Part shown: piece after piece, positions 1-13,600 of the stretch
Position numbering within the stretch: position 1 is the first letter of the stretch
Layout: the number at the start of each line of letters is the position of its first letter
Source: Eledone cirrhosa
Lineage: Eukaryota
Assembly: GCA_964016885.1 (NCBI GenBank)
Contig: OZ024755.1
Coordinates: 4,712,001 to 4,776,000 of the forward strand
DNA length: 64,000 nucleotides
Direction of reading: 5' to 3'
Notes under the pieces: model-generated
What the model saw: only the letters and a program-made list of their open reading frames with translations
What the model was told of the DNA's origin: nothing
Databases searched by the model: none
Program-made: the position numbers and the translations under genes

Positions 1-397
1 TTATATTTAACACATCTGTTGCAGATAACAGTTATATCTAACACATATGTTGCAGATAACAGTTATATCTAACACATATGTTGCAGATAACAGTTATATC
101 TAACACTTTGGTTACAGCTAACAGTTTTATTTAACACATTTGTTACATGCAACAGTTTTATTTAACACATTTGTTGTAGATAACAGTTATATCTAACACT
201 TTGGTTACAGCTAACAGTTTTATTTAACACATTTGTTACATACAACAGTTATATTTACCACATTTGTTGTAGATAACAGTTATATTTACCACATTTGCTG
301 TAGATAACAGTTATATTTAATGCATTTGTTACAGATGCTTTATATTTAACATATTTGATGTAGATAACTTTTATATTTAACACATTTGTTACAGATA
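1..397. repeat. 31-bp minisatellite, ~13 copies, ending in the exon acceptor
   Basis: Unit ATAACAGTTATATCTAACACATATGTTGCAG. Confidence 0.9.
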
Positions 398-577
398 CCA
401 GCTGACCACAAAGAAATTATAGTGTCTGGTTTGAAGACTAACCAACAATATGTTTTTGCTCTGGCTGCATATTCCTATGATGGTAAACTAATTGGAGACA
501 GCATAGGAGAAAGTACTGCACCAATTCTTGTGTCTAACTCATTGTCTATACCTTTAACATATCTGTTTCTCTGTCAG
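395..577 (+). CDS. CFAP54: CFAP54 exon (IPADHKEIIVSGLKTNQQYVFALAAY...LFLCQ)
   Basis: ttacag|ATA ... CAG|gtaaga, phase 0/0. Confidence 0.9.
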
Positions 578-3500
578 GTAAGAGAATATTACACATTATA
601 ATCTTAATCTTAATATATATGTACTCTTGAACAATAATTTTTAGATATGTTTTTCTCGTTTGTTTTTCAGGTATCCTACCAATTAAGGTATTTCACAATC
701 TCAGAGCAGATATTTGACTTTTTGTATTCTCATTTTGTAAGCAACCATGATTCTCAATCTCCAACAACAGAAAATATTCCTGCAGTTCAGAAATTTCTTA
801 AAAAATTTCCCAGGTAAATAAAGACAGAACAGTGTTCCTGTTGAGCACTCTAAGTTATCAATGTATTAACAGGATTGCTGCATGGAAGCACAGAAGCAGC
901 CATTAAAGGCAACTCACACAAATTCAACATGCTGTAAAAGAATGAATGTCTGACAATGTATGTCATTATATGTTGAAATGTTGGTGATTTACAATGTTGT
1001 TGTTGTTACAGTTCACACCAATGCAGGTTTAGCTGGCCTCCTCCAAGGTATATCTCGTTGGAGGTGTCTTGGGTGATTTAATGATAGGGACCCCAGTCCC
1101 TATCATCTCATTTCTACAGCTGAGTAAACTGGAGCAACGTGAAATAAAGTGTCTTGTCCAAGGAAACAACACATCACCCGGTCCGAGAATTGAACTCACA
1201 ACCTTTCGATTGCAAGCCCAATGCTCTAACCACTAAGCCATGCACTTTCAATGGAGAACGGAGAATTCTCTTCTCACAGCAAGCTAACATATGCCATTTT
1301 GGACTATGTATGTTTTTACACTGTAACTACACATAAAAACATATCTATCATATGATTAAAAAATAAGCTTAAAAGGTTTACATCTAAAATTTATTTTAAC
1401 CCATTAGCATTTAAACTGGTTGTATCCGGCCAGAATTCTCTCACCTTCTTCTGTTCAAACTGGCTGTAAGCAGCTACTTATACTGATGTTAAGATATTGT
1501 TCTCAAAATAAATAATATCAAAATCTCATAGATTCAATATTATGTGAGATAATTATGTAATATAAAGCCTTCACCACAAAAATACAATAGTATAAAGAGA
1601 GTAATGTAAATGCTAAATGGTTAATATAATTTCACATAGAAGGTCTATCTTACGACTAAAAACAAATGATTGCATTGTGTCTTATCTTTCTATACATGAA
1701 ACAACTGAATGAAAGTTAACCGTTAAACCCTAATGTATTGCAGGATGAATGAGAACGTGAAGATTACAGCCTCTCCCATATTATTAAGACAATTCTTTGC
1801 ATGTATTATGTTGTCTGTAGACATCAACATTCATAGAGAAAAGTTGTTCTGTGATAAAATATGTGATCATGGTCCCTTTAAACCAAGACAAGTAAGTAAT
1901 TGGGTTTGTTATATAATTACTCTTCTCTGTATATGTTTAGTAATTTATGTTTGTTACAAATAGTTCCTATGATTTCGAGCTGAAACACTTGTTTAAGGTG
2001 GAAGGGCTCTTCTCTGAAGACCTTCTGCTGTCCAGCTCTCCTGAAAGTTTCATTTTATATATTCAGATACATGAATATATATATATATTTTTTATTGTTT
2101 TGTCTTTTATTTATTTTGTCTTTTACAGAAAAAACGTTTAGCTGAATGTAAGAAGTTGTTACTTGGAATAGATGAAGCTGGTTTTCTCAATGACTGCAAT
2201 CTATGTGTTCAAGCTCTTGTTCAGATATATGGCTTGTTAGTGCCATTTATATATCATTCCTGGATTGTTTTACCTGTTACTCAGGTAAACAAAATATCAA
2301 ATTATATAAAACTTTATAAAATCTAAAATATATTTATTGTATGTATATATGACTAAAGTTTAGTTTATAGGCCTCGCTGTGAAAATCTAAACAAATGTGA
2401 AAAACACTCTGTTCTTCTCTTTGTACACAGAATAACATAAAAGATTGCTGCTAATTAATGCACATTAGACTAATTAGATTGGCCAGTTTAGTCTTAGTTT
2501 CAGTTTAATCTTAGTTTGTATTTAATGTAGATAATATTTGACTAAATTTTCTTTGTAGACAGAAGGATAAAGACACTTGTTTATCAATAGAAGGCGAATT
2601 AACCACAGAGAAAATAACAATGTTTCTCACGTCTAGAACAAATGTAAAGTATTCACTAAGTGTCTCTATACGTAACTAAGACCATACCTAAACCTGAACA
2701 TAGAGACATCTAGAACAGAAAGTATTCACTGAATGTCTCTATATGTAAATAAGACCAATCATTTGGCAGTATCAGTAGAGGGTCGGACGCCATGCTTTCC
2801 AGCATAGTTATGTCCTTTTACGATCTGAGTTCAAATCCCGCCGAGGTTGACTTTGCCTTTCATCCTTACGGGGTCGATAAAATAAAGTACCAGTAATGCA
2901 CTGGGTAATTGCTGGCCTTGTGCCTAAAGTAAAAACAATTATTATTATTGCAGCTGCTGATGTTTTTATTGTTTTATTTTCCCCTTTATAATCCCTACTT
3001 TAGATTTTCCTGTATTGCTATGGAGTTTTACAAGCCTTATCTGGGAACCTTCACCAGAAAAAGACAGGTAGTGTTGTTGAAAGTATGCAACATATGATCA
3101 TATGTATAGTTTATCATCTCGTTAAGGTATGTTTCACCTGTACAATTTATTATATTGTTGTAACAGAGACATCATCATCATCATCATTATTTAATGTTTG
3201 CTTTCCCTGCTGGTGAGGGTTGGACGGGTTTACGTAGACCAAGTGAATGCTGAAGCAGGGATCACTGACATCCCAGACAGGCCGGGAAGGTCTGTATCCT
3301 GCTTATGTAACAGTCTTTATCGAGTGCAGAGGTGAAGTTGCCGTGTCTTTTCACCCAAACTGAACGGTCCTCCCAACCCCTTGTTTGGCAAGTTTTCTAC
3401 GACTGGCTGCCCTTCCTAGCACCAACCACTTTACAGAGTCTACTGGGTGCTTTTATTGTGTAGATCACTAATACTAGGGAGGTTGTCATGTCCTTGACAT

Positions 3501-6500
3501 AACTAAAGGATCCTCCTAATCCCTTGTTTGGCAAGCTTGCCAAACCCCCAGCTATTGCTGCTGGTACTTATTTTCAGCTGAGTATACTGCAGCAATGTGA
3601 AATGAAATGTTTTGTTTAAGAACACAAACACACAACTCAGTCCAGGAATCGAACCCATGACATTATGATCATAAGTCCAGCACCCTTACCACAAAGCCAC
3701 ATGCCTCCACATTGAGAAATAGGAATATTCGCTTTACAATTGTTTATTTTATAACAAAGTTTATATATTAAAAAATGTTTAACCCTTTAGCATTCACATT
3801 GCTCTATATATACTATTGTATTTTCATAGTAAAGGCTTTATCTTACATAATATCTCACATTATTGAATCTACAAGATTTTGATGTTATTTATTTTGAGAA
3901 CAATACCTTAACGTCAGTATAAGTGGCTAGTTATGGTCGGTTTGAACAGAAAGGTGAGAGAATTCTGGCCAGATTTGGCCGGTTTAAATGCTAAAGGGTT
4001 AAACACATCTATTTCCAACAATATCTAATATTTCTCTAGACACTAGAGCCCTTACATTTCCCTTCCTTTTCGTTTTTTTTTTATTTTCTTATTTTATATT
4101 CCATTCTTTCTTCTCAATCTAATTTTTTTTTCTTTTTCTATTAAATTGTATTTATATGATATATTTTTACATACAATAAAATTATAACCTGCTTTCATGT
4201 TTCTCTAATTATTTATAATAGATGTTATATAAAATGAAAGAAAGGCATGTGGCTTCAGAAATTTGTGAAAATAGTTGTCGCATGTTGCAAGAAAATATCA
4301 ATGCAAGGAGATCTAGTTCTCAAAATTTTGATTCCTTCATTGGTGAACCAGATGTTATGAATGAGAAAGTTGAGCCACCGCTCTGGTCTTACAATAAATT
4401 ACGATGGACTATAAGGTTAAAACAAGACAGCAGTTTTGAATCTACTGCAAGGGATGAGTTAACTGTTCTGGAAGAGGCTTTAGCTAATATCTCTAGACAA
4501 GGTAATGTTTTATTATTGTTAATATTTACGTTCTGAGTTCAAATCCCACCAAAGTTAGCTTTGCCTTTCATCCTTATGGAGGTCGATAAAATAATGTACC
4601 AGTAATGTACTGGGGTAGATTTAATCAACTTTCCCCTCTCCCCAAAATTGTTGGCTTTGGGCATAATTCAGAAACCATTATTTCGAAATTGTGAAGTTAA
4701 TGTTTAACGTTTTGAAAGTAGATGCTGTACAAATTATATTTTTAACTGTCGACTAAAATGTTAGCATTCTAACCTTTTATTGATGGGAAATAGTTAATAA
4801 CATTGTTTTCTCATAATAGGTAAAAGGCCGGACGGTATGACCATCTTGCCATTCCGCGGTGACAAACCCCTCGTCTGGGATGCCACTTGCAGCAACACAT
4901 TCTCCAGCTGCAACCTGGTGCAGTCTGCGACTAACCCAGGTACTGCTGCATGTCGGGCTGAGGGGGCCAAACTCTCCAAGTACCGGTCACTCTCCGACAG
5001 GTTTGCGGTCGTGCCCTTGGCAGTGGAGACTTCTGGTGTCGTCGACCCTAGGGCTACCTCCTTATTTACCACCATAGGCGCTGAGCTAGCCAGCCGCAGG
5101 TGTGAGCCTCGCGAGTTGGAATGGCTCTTCCAGCGAGTCTCCTTTGCCATCCTCCGGGGAAACGCCTTCTCCAGCCTGTCCGCCGGGGCTGTGGGGAGGC
5201 CAGCACGTGGAACTCCATTTGCTCACCATATGGATTAATAGGCAAAGTTATAAACTATTGTAAATAAAACTAAAAAAAACGTTAAAAGGCTACCAATAGT
5301 AAGAATTGCAAATTATATTTCTTTATTTATGTTCTCACTATTTTATTTCTTCTGTAATATTTTGAAACCTTCAACATGATAAAGCCTGCTATGATGCTGA
5401 TGTTGGTGTTAGGGAAGACGAGAGTATTTCACTGATCTGCTGTTCAATAATGTCCAGTCGTCATGGATTTAAAGAAGGTAAAGCAATTATTAAACCTTTT
5501 GGGAATTCATAATTTTCATAGTGCTAAGACATGTCATAAAAAAGGTCAGATAAAAAGTTCATAGGCTGACTATGAAGGAATGATGTTAGAGCTGTGAAAT
5601 CTTGCATGCACTAATTTCAACTCATGTTTCTTTCCAAGGACTGTGTTAAAAAATAAACCTCATTTGGTCATTCCATGAGAGTATCTTGATCAGCCAACCC
5701 TCATATGTTATTTTATTTTACATAAACGGTAGAATGATGATATGACCAATGTGTTTTCATGCAGGATTTAGCTAGATAGTTATAGATAACATCACAAGAA
5801 TGGGTCCAGCTTTCTTGAACGGAATATATTCCTCTGTTTTTGGTTAAATTTAGTGAAGAAGAAGGAGAAGGTGGCTTTGAGTAACCAAATATCAAACTTT
5901 ATAATAACTAGTAGAAAAACCACCCTTTGGGTGGTTTTCTGCTAGCATGTGTAGTATACATATTGATATTATATGCAATATAAACAATATGATACAACGA
6001 TGCAAATATATGAACATTTATATAAACAATATAATATAGCGTCTGTTATAACTGGAAGTATTGACATTTGAAAATTTTAAAAGAAGTGAATCTTAAAATA
6101 AGCAATCATCCCGCTGAGGTTAACTTTGCCTTTCATCCATACGGGGTCGATAAAATAAAGTACCAGTAATGCACTGGGTATCACTGGCCTTGTGCCAAAA
6201 GTAGAAACAATTATATATAAGAATATTTGTTTAATCAACAGATACGAAATTTAGTAGATAAATTATATAATATTCATTCATTATTTATTCAAAGTAATCC
6301 GACTTATTTTACTAACGGGATAAAAATATATTCAGGACACAGTCCCACACTACTCCCTTTATTATATTATGATATGGGCCCCAAAAATGACTTTTTCAAA
6401 GACTCCATATTCCTGTATATTTCACTTTTCCTGATTAATGAAAACCAAGATAAAATGTTAAGTCTTATCTTTGACAATATTTATTTGCTTCAATTTCAAA

Positions 6501-7623
6501 CTGGTTTTAATTATTTTGATTTCACAGCAAGTAAATACAAAAAGAAAAATAACTTTCATGAATTTGTTACCCGTGTGATCAACCAAGCCAATTCTGAAAG
6601 AGAATATGTTTCTGCTGATATTTATTGTGAAGAGTTGCACAATTTTTTCGACAGGTAAAATTATTAAAACTTTTATATATTAATTATTTCAACAGGTAGA
6701 ATTCATCATCATCATCATCATCATTTTACGAAATCCTTGGCTTATATTCAAGTGTACACAGTTATTAAAATTCATATAGCTACTGACAGTAATGTTAGTA
6801 TACAAAAGTAGTTTTCTAAAATGTCGTTATTCCACTAATGCTGAAATATTCTCATTTAAGAAGATTAGATATGAAATTTCAAGGTAAACTACGAGCTGAC
6901 AATGTTCAAGACAAAGGTCTGGCTAGACATTCCACATATATGCCAGAATATAAGAAACAGGTAAAGTAAATTCAGCATTTACATTACTCTATATATACTA
7001 TTGTATTTTCACAGTAAAGGCTTTACCTCACATAATTATCTCACATAACATTCACATTACTCTATATATACTATTGTATTTTCACAGTAAAGGCTTTACC
7101 TCACATAATATCTCACATAACATTTACATTACTCTATATATGCTATTATATTTTTATGGTAAAGGCTTTACCTCGCATAATTATCTCACATAATATCGAA
7201 TCTATGAGATTTTGAAAGTATTTAATTTGAGAACAATACCTTAACATCAGTATGAATGGCCAGTTACAGCCAGTTTCAACAGAAAGAGGTAGAGAATTCT
7301 GGCCGGTTTTGGCCGGTTTGAACATTAAAGGGTTAAGCTTTTATTTTATATATATATATATATACATACATATATATATATATATATTTATGTACGTATG
7401 TAAAAGGTAAACAGAAATAATAAAACAATCGGTACAGTATATGGAAGGGATATATTAGGTTAACGCTTGATATAGCAGGAAGAGGGTCTTAATGTTTCAG
7501 ACGCTAGTCCTTCATCAGAAGAAAGAATGAGAAATAAGATAGATTGAGGGGACGGGCGGGTTGGAATTGGAAAAAATGTCTTTAGATAAAAATAACAGGT
7601 CCATTCATGTTGACATCTCTTGC

Positions 7624-7660
<37 letters not shown>

Positions 7661-10600
7661 GAAGTATAAGCCAACAGGTTAAAATTAACTTCGTTTATTC
7701 ATAGTCGCTGTTATATTTTGGTGATAGCCATTATTCAACAGCTATGACCTCATCAGACAGCTAGAATTTGAACAGAAAAAGAAAACAGAAAAACAGATCA
7801 ACATAAAGATGAAATAAAACTTACTCCTGTTGTTTCGATTCATTGATATGCTCCAGGCTGAAATTAGGCTCTATATAATATCACCCACCTCTTTGATAAT
7901 TCATAAGATATATGGAATGTATATTATTTTATTTGCAGCCTGACTTTATAAAATCCCAAGCACAGAAAGAAAAGAAAAAAGTAAGTTTTTGGTTTTCTTT
8001 GAGTCTATCTTGTTTTTCTTGTGTTTTACTGTAAACATGACAACAGAACCTTCTAGTTACTTTACACCTTCCATTGCTTCCCATTTTTTCTTTATCTTTT
8101 TTTAAGTTTTTTTTTTACCTCCAGTTGGCCCTCCCTTATTCAATTTTTTTAATTTTTTTTATTAATTTATTTTATTTTATTTTATTTTTTATTTTATATT
8201 TATATTCATTTATCTCTGTCGATTTCTTTTTTTTTTGGGGGGGGGGGGGGTTCTCAACTGTAAGAAATATTAGATACTTCACCTAGACTGTCATGGCTTA
8301 CTAGCTCTATACGGACGTTTGAATTGATTATATACAAATATCTGGCCAGAATTCTTTCACCTCTTTCTGTTCAAACCAGCTGTAACAGCCCACTCATACT
8401 GATATTAAGGTATTGTTCTCAAAATAAATAATATCAAAATCTCAGAGATTCGATATTATGTGAGATAATTATGTGAGGTAAAGCCTTTTCCATGAAAATA
8501 TAATAGTATATATAGAGTAATGTAAATGGTAATGGTAAAAGGCACTGTGGTGTCTTATCATAGTAGCAGCACTACAGAAGTTATTTTACCAAAATTAGAA
8601 ACCAAAGTCCCTATACATGATACTGTCAGATTTTTTAAGGTCCTACAAAAACAAAGGTTGTTATGGCCACTGTTTCCTTCTCTGACTTAAACCATAAAAG
8701 AATATTTTTAAGATTAAATGTTCCACTGTATTTAATTTTACTTTGTAGACATTCTGTTCTGATAAAAGAATTTTTGCTTATTTTGATATTTCAGAAACGG
8801 CTTTTTCCAACTGACGGTCCTGAGCTTGAAGCTCTAAAATTGAAGGTAAGCTATTAACAAAGTTATTATCATGAGAAAATGGGGACTGAATTTATCTCTG
8901 ATTGACACAGATGTGTATGGATATGAGACAGGGTTCGACTCCTCAACGTGGCTGATGACAACTTCTTTTTCTGTCTTTAAGGGTCTTTCACCCTATTTTA
9001 TAAACTATTTTATAGCGTCTCTGCACATGAGCACTCCAATCTTTATATTAACTTTAGAATTGCCGTTTTACTATTTCCTGGTGTAGAATTGGCAAGGAAT
9101 CTTAACTTTGATTTATTTCCTGGTGTAGAATTGGCAAGGAATCTTAACTTTGATTTATTTCCTGGTGTAGAATTGGCAAGGAATCTTAACTTTGATTTAT
9201 TTCCTGGTGTAGAATTGGCAAGGAATCTTAACTTTGATTTATTTCCTGGTGTAGAATTGGCAAGGAATCTTAACTTTGATTTATTTCCTGGTGTAGAATT
9301 GGCAAGGAATCTTAACTTTGATTTATTTACTGGTGTAGAATTGGCAAGGAATCTTAACTTTGATTTATTTCCTGGTGTAGAATTGGCAAGGAATCTTAAC
9401 TTTGATTTATTTACTGGTGTAGAATTGGCAAGGAATCTTAACTTTGATTTATTTACTGGTGTAGAATTGGCAAGGAATCTTAACTTTAACTTATTTGCCA
9501 ATGAAATTAATCAATGTTAACTGATGAAAAATGTATTAATGTTTCTTTTGTTTGTTTCTCTGCAGGTCTTACCTGTTTTTGCGAAATGTTTACCTAAATA
9601 TGTCAAGAACTATCTGTCTAAAATGCATACCAGGCTACTCATGACCAAAGAACTACCATGTAGATGTCAGGTAAGTAACAGTTTAAGACATTACTTGTGG
9701 TAAATCCTGTAACCCATTGTGCCATAGAGGCACTACTGAAGATTTTGATTTCAAGTAATATATCTTAGGCATATCAATCCATTCTCCTCTTGGTTTTAGT
9801 CAGAATAAGATTTAAATTCAGTATTCTTTTTATTTTTTTTAACCTTGGTCGTTTCTTTATCTTTGCTTTTACATAATCAAAATACTAAATTTAAATATTT
9901 TTAATAAGATTTGCAGCTTAACTTTTCTTTATCTTTGCTTTTACATAATCAAAATACTAAATTAAAATATTTTTAATATGATTTTCAGCTTAACTTTTCT
10001 TTATCTTTGCTTTTACATAATCAAAATACTAATAAAATATTTTTAATATGATTTTCAGCTTAACTTGTTACAGGCTATTGTTATCTTTAATGGCTTATTT
10101 GACAAATATGAATATTTATACAGAATTCAACCATATGCAAATGCTGAAAACTAGTAAGTACTAAAGCATGTAATTGTGGATTTCTTTTCAGTAGATTACT
10201 ACTACAGTATACAGTGGAACCTCGGTTCACAGTGTCTCGGCTAACGGACATAGAAACCAGCAACAACGGATGGCAACAAGCTGGACGTGTCAGTGGGAAA
10301 GTGACACAAATATTGGATTTATATCAATATAGAATTTATATCAATATTGAATTTGTATCAATATTGGATTTATATCAATATAAAATTTATATCAATATTG
10401 GATTTATATCAATATAGAATTTATATCAATATAAAATTTGTATCAATATAGAATTTATATCAATATAGAATTTATATCAATATTGAATTTGTATCAATAT
10501 AGAATTTGTATCAATATAGAATTTGTATCAATATAGAATTTGTATCAATATAGAATTTGTATCAATAAAATATAGAATTTGTGTGAATATAGAGTTTGTA

Positions 10601-13600
10601 TCAATATAGAATTTGTATCAATATAGAGTTTGTATCACTATAGAATTTGTATCAATATTGAATTTGTCAATATTAAGTTTATATCAATGTTTAATTTATA
10701 TCAATTGTAAGGGGTTTTCATGTGTCATTATTTTTCTTGTTGGTGAATTTATAGTGGCAAACATTTTGATCATAACTGGATTTCCTTTGAAAACACTGGT
10801 CTCTTACTCAATTATCAAGTGGTAAGGAAAACAGGTGTGACTGTAGTAAAACCAGGTACAATTTTTTTATTTTTCACACTAATATAATGCATTTTCATTT
10901 AATTTTTCATATTCTCCATTCTTCATGTGTGTGTGTATCTTTGTGTCTATCATGACTCTGTGTGTCTATCGTACACTATTCACTTTCCTGACATTTGTAC
11001 ATTATTCTATGTACTATACATGCACTTTTGATGAGTTGTATTGCACCTGAGCACTGTACGCAATAAATTTTCATTATTATTATTATTAGTTCATAGAAAC
11101 TATGCTTTATATGGTAAAACATTTTTTTTAAAAATATTGTATACCTTTTCCTTATTTCAAACAATATCTATTTTTATTTTTTTATATTTATATATTTTTC
11201 TTAAATAGATGAAAGACATACTCCAACAACCCCTACTAAATACTCACTGGGCAGTTATTCTAAAGTTCATATAGACATGACCCCTGAAACTATTTATGAT
11301 TCTATATCTAAAATATTATTACATTTGAAAAGAGCACTTGTAAGTATTATTCTATGTCATTCAGTCTTTACATAGCTATTCAACCTGTTAGTAATAGCAG
11401 CTAAATATCCCTCGATTCACATCATCATCACCACCACCACCACCGCCACCATTTTCTCCATGCCTTCATGGGTTGAACTGGTCCTTCTCAGCACGGCATC
11501 TCTCCACATGTCGCGATCTTTCATCATCTTCTCTGTGAGTTTCACCAATTTCAAGTCGGCTCTCACCACCTCTGCCCAGGTCTTTCTTGGTCTACCTCTA
11601 CTGTGGCTTCCTTCCACTGAGATTTCCTGGCATTTCTTCACCCAACGATGAATTTATCAGATATTTTTACGCTTAAAAAGGTTGGATTGTCGTGGCTGGA
11701 GTGTCACTTATCATAACCCTGTTTAATCAAAGTTAACTTAAGGCTAAATAACAAAAAGACTTTTAGGTCAAGACTAAACCGGTTTCATTCCTTGACTGTG
11801 TGTTGTGTTCTTGAGCAAGACACTTCATTGGTTTCATTCCTTGACTGTGTGTTGTGTTCTTGAGCAAGACACTTCATTGGTTTCATTCCTTGACTGTGTG
11901 TTGTGTTCTTGAGCAAGACACTTCATTCCACATTGCTCCAGTATACTCAGCTGAAAATGAGTACCAGCAATAGCTGGAATAAGCACCAGCCTGATGAACC
12001 TCTAGGCTCGAGACAGACTTTAATCCTGCGATGGACTGGCGTTCTGTCCAGGAGAAGTGGGGTCACTTCACACCACGAAAACCAAGGATAAGCACTGGCC
12101 TGGTGAGCATCCGAGCCCGGGACAATCTTCGATATATTGGTCACTGTAAAATATTGTCTCTTTTTTTGTAATTATGGTTGGCAGTATATCACAGAACTTT
12201 TTTTTTGTTTTTTTTTTGTTCACATTTCAGGTTTTGTCACACCGTGGGGAATTATGGTCATCTTTCCAAAATATAAACAAAATATTGTGGGATATTATTC
12301 ATACAATCCAATCCCGCTTTGTTGGTACTCATTTAGGAACTGCCTCTAATACCATATATCTGTCTGTAGAATCATTTACAGACTTGATATATCCAGTATT
12401 GTTGACAGCGTCTGATTTAATATTGGATATGTTAAAGATGTTCAAGAATACCAAGGAGGAAGGGAAATCTCAGGTGAGTGTCTTGTAATTAGTTTAAAAA
12501 AAACAAAACAGTTAATATATGGCGACTTAGGATTATAATGATGTAATAACATCAACATCATTACCTGAGCCACCAGCACCACCACCACCACCACACCACC
12601 ATCACCAACACCACCATTCCAGCATCACCACTCCACCACCACTCCACCATTACCACCACTACTATTCTCATTACTACATTATTATTTTTCTCTCTTACAG
12701 TCAACAGAGAACTTTTGTATTAACATTGATCATTGGTCTAGTCCACTTGGTGACTGTAAAGCGGGTGCCAGCTTTCATTTTGATCCTTTCTTTGATGACA
12801 TTACCATTATTGATGGTTACATTATCGAGAAAATCTGTAAAAAAGCAATGTATGTTATTCATCGTTTGGCGAAATGGGAACACCTTATTGATCTTATTCT
12901 TCAGTACAACGGTCTCACAAAGTAAATATACACTTTCTATATACAGGTAAAATTCGTTATAATGAATACCATTATATATAACAAATTTTTCCGTATAACA
13001 TAATTATTCCTCTTTATTGTCTTTAGTGAAAAATTTGCAGAATTTACCATTCCACTGTTGATTGATGCTCAGCTTAACCTTGAGAAACAGCGTAAATCTC
13101 AGAATTGTTCAATATTTGTTGATATACAGGAATTAGTTAACAAACCTGATGGAAGTCTCAGTGCCAAGCAATACTTAAATCTACAATTAAATATTTATAT
13201 GGATAAAACCTACAATAGTAATGTCCCTATTGGTGCCTATCTTGATGAAGAGGAACATACTGTATACAACGGTAAGACATGAGAACAACGTTCTTTACCA
13301 TTTTATATGTTGATCTCATAGAATTGAGCCATGACATCAGAACAACGCTCTTTACCATTTTATATGTTGATCTCATAAAATTGAGCCATGATATTAGAAC
13401 AATGTTCTTTACCATTTTATATGTTGATCTCATAAAATTGAGCCATGATATTAGAACAACGTTCTTTACCATTTTATATGTTGATCTCATAGAATTGAGC
13501 CATGATATTAGAACAATGTTCTTTACCATTTTATATGTTGATCTCATAAAATTGAGCCATGATATTAGAACAACGTTCTTTACCATTTTATATGTTGATC

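Noticed and set aside
2762-2845. tRNA gene
   Set aside because: The A/B boxes belong to multi-copy SINE heads and no cloverleaf forms.
11985-12020. CTGATGA motif as another hammerhead
   Set aside because: There is no GAAA core or stem I; it is part of the SINE B tail and varies between copies.
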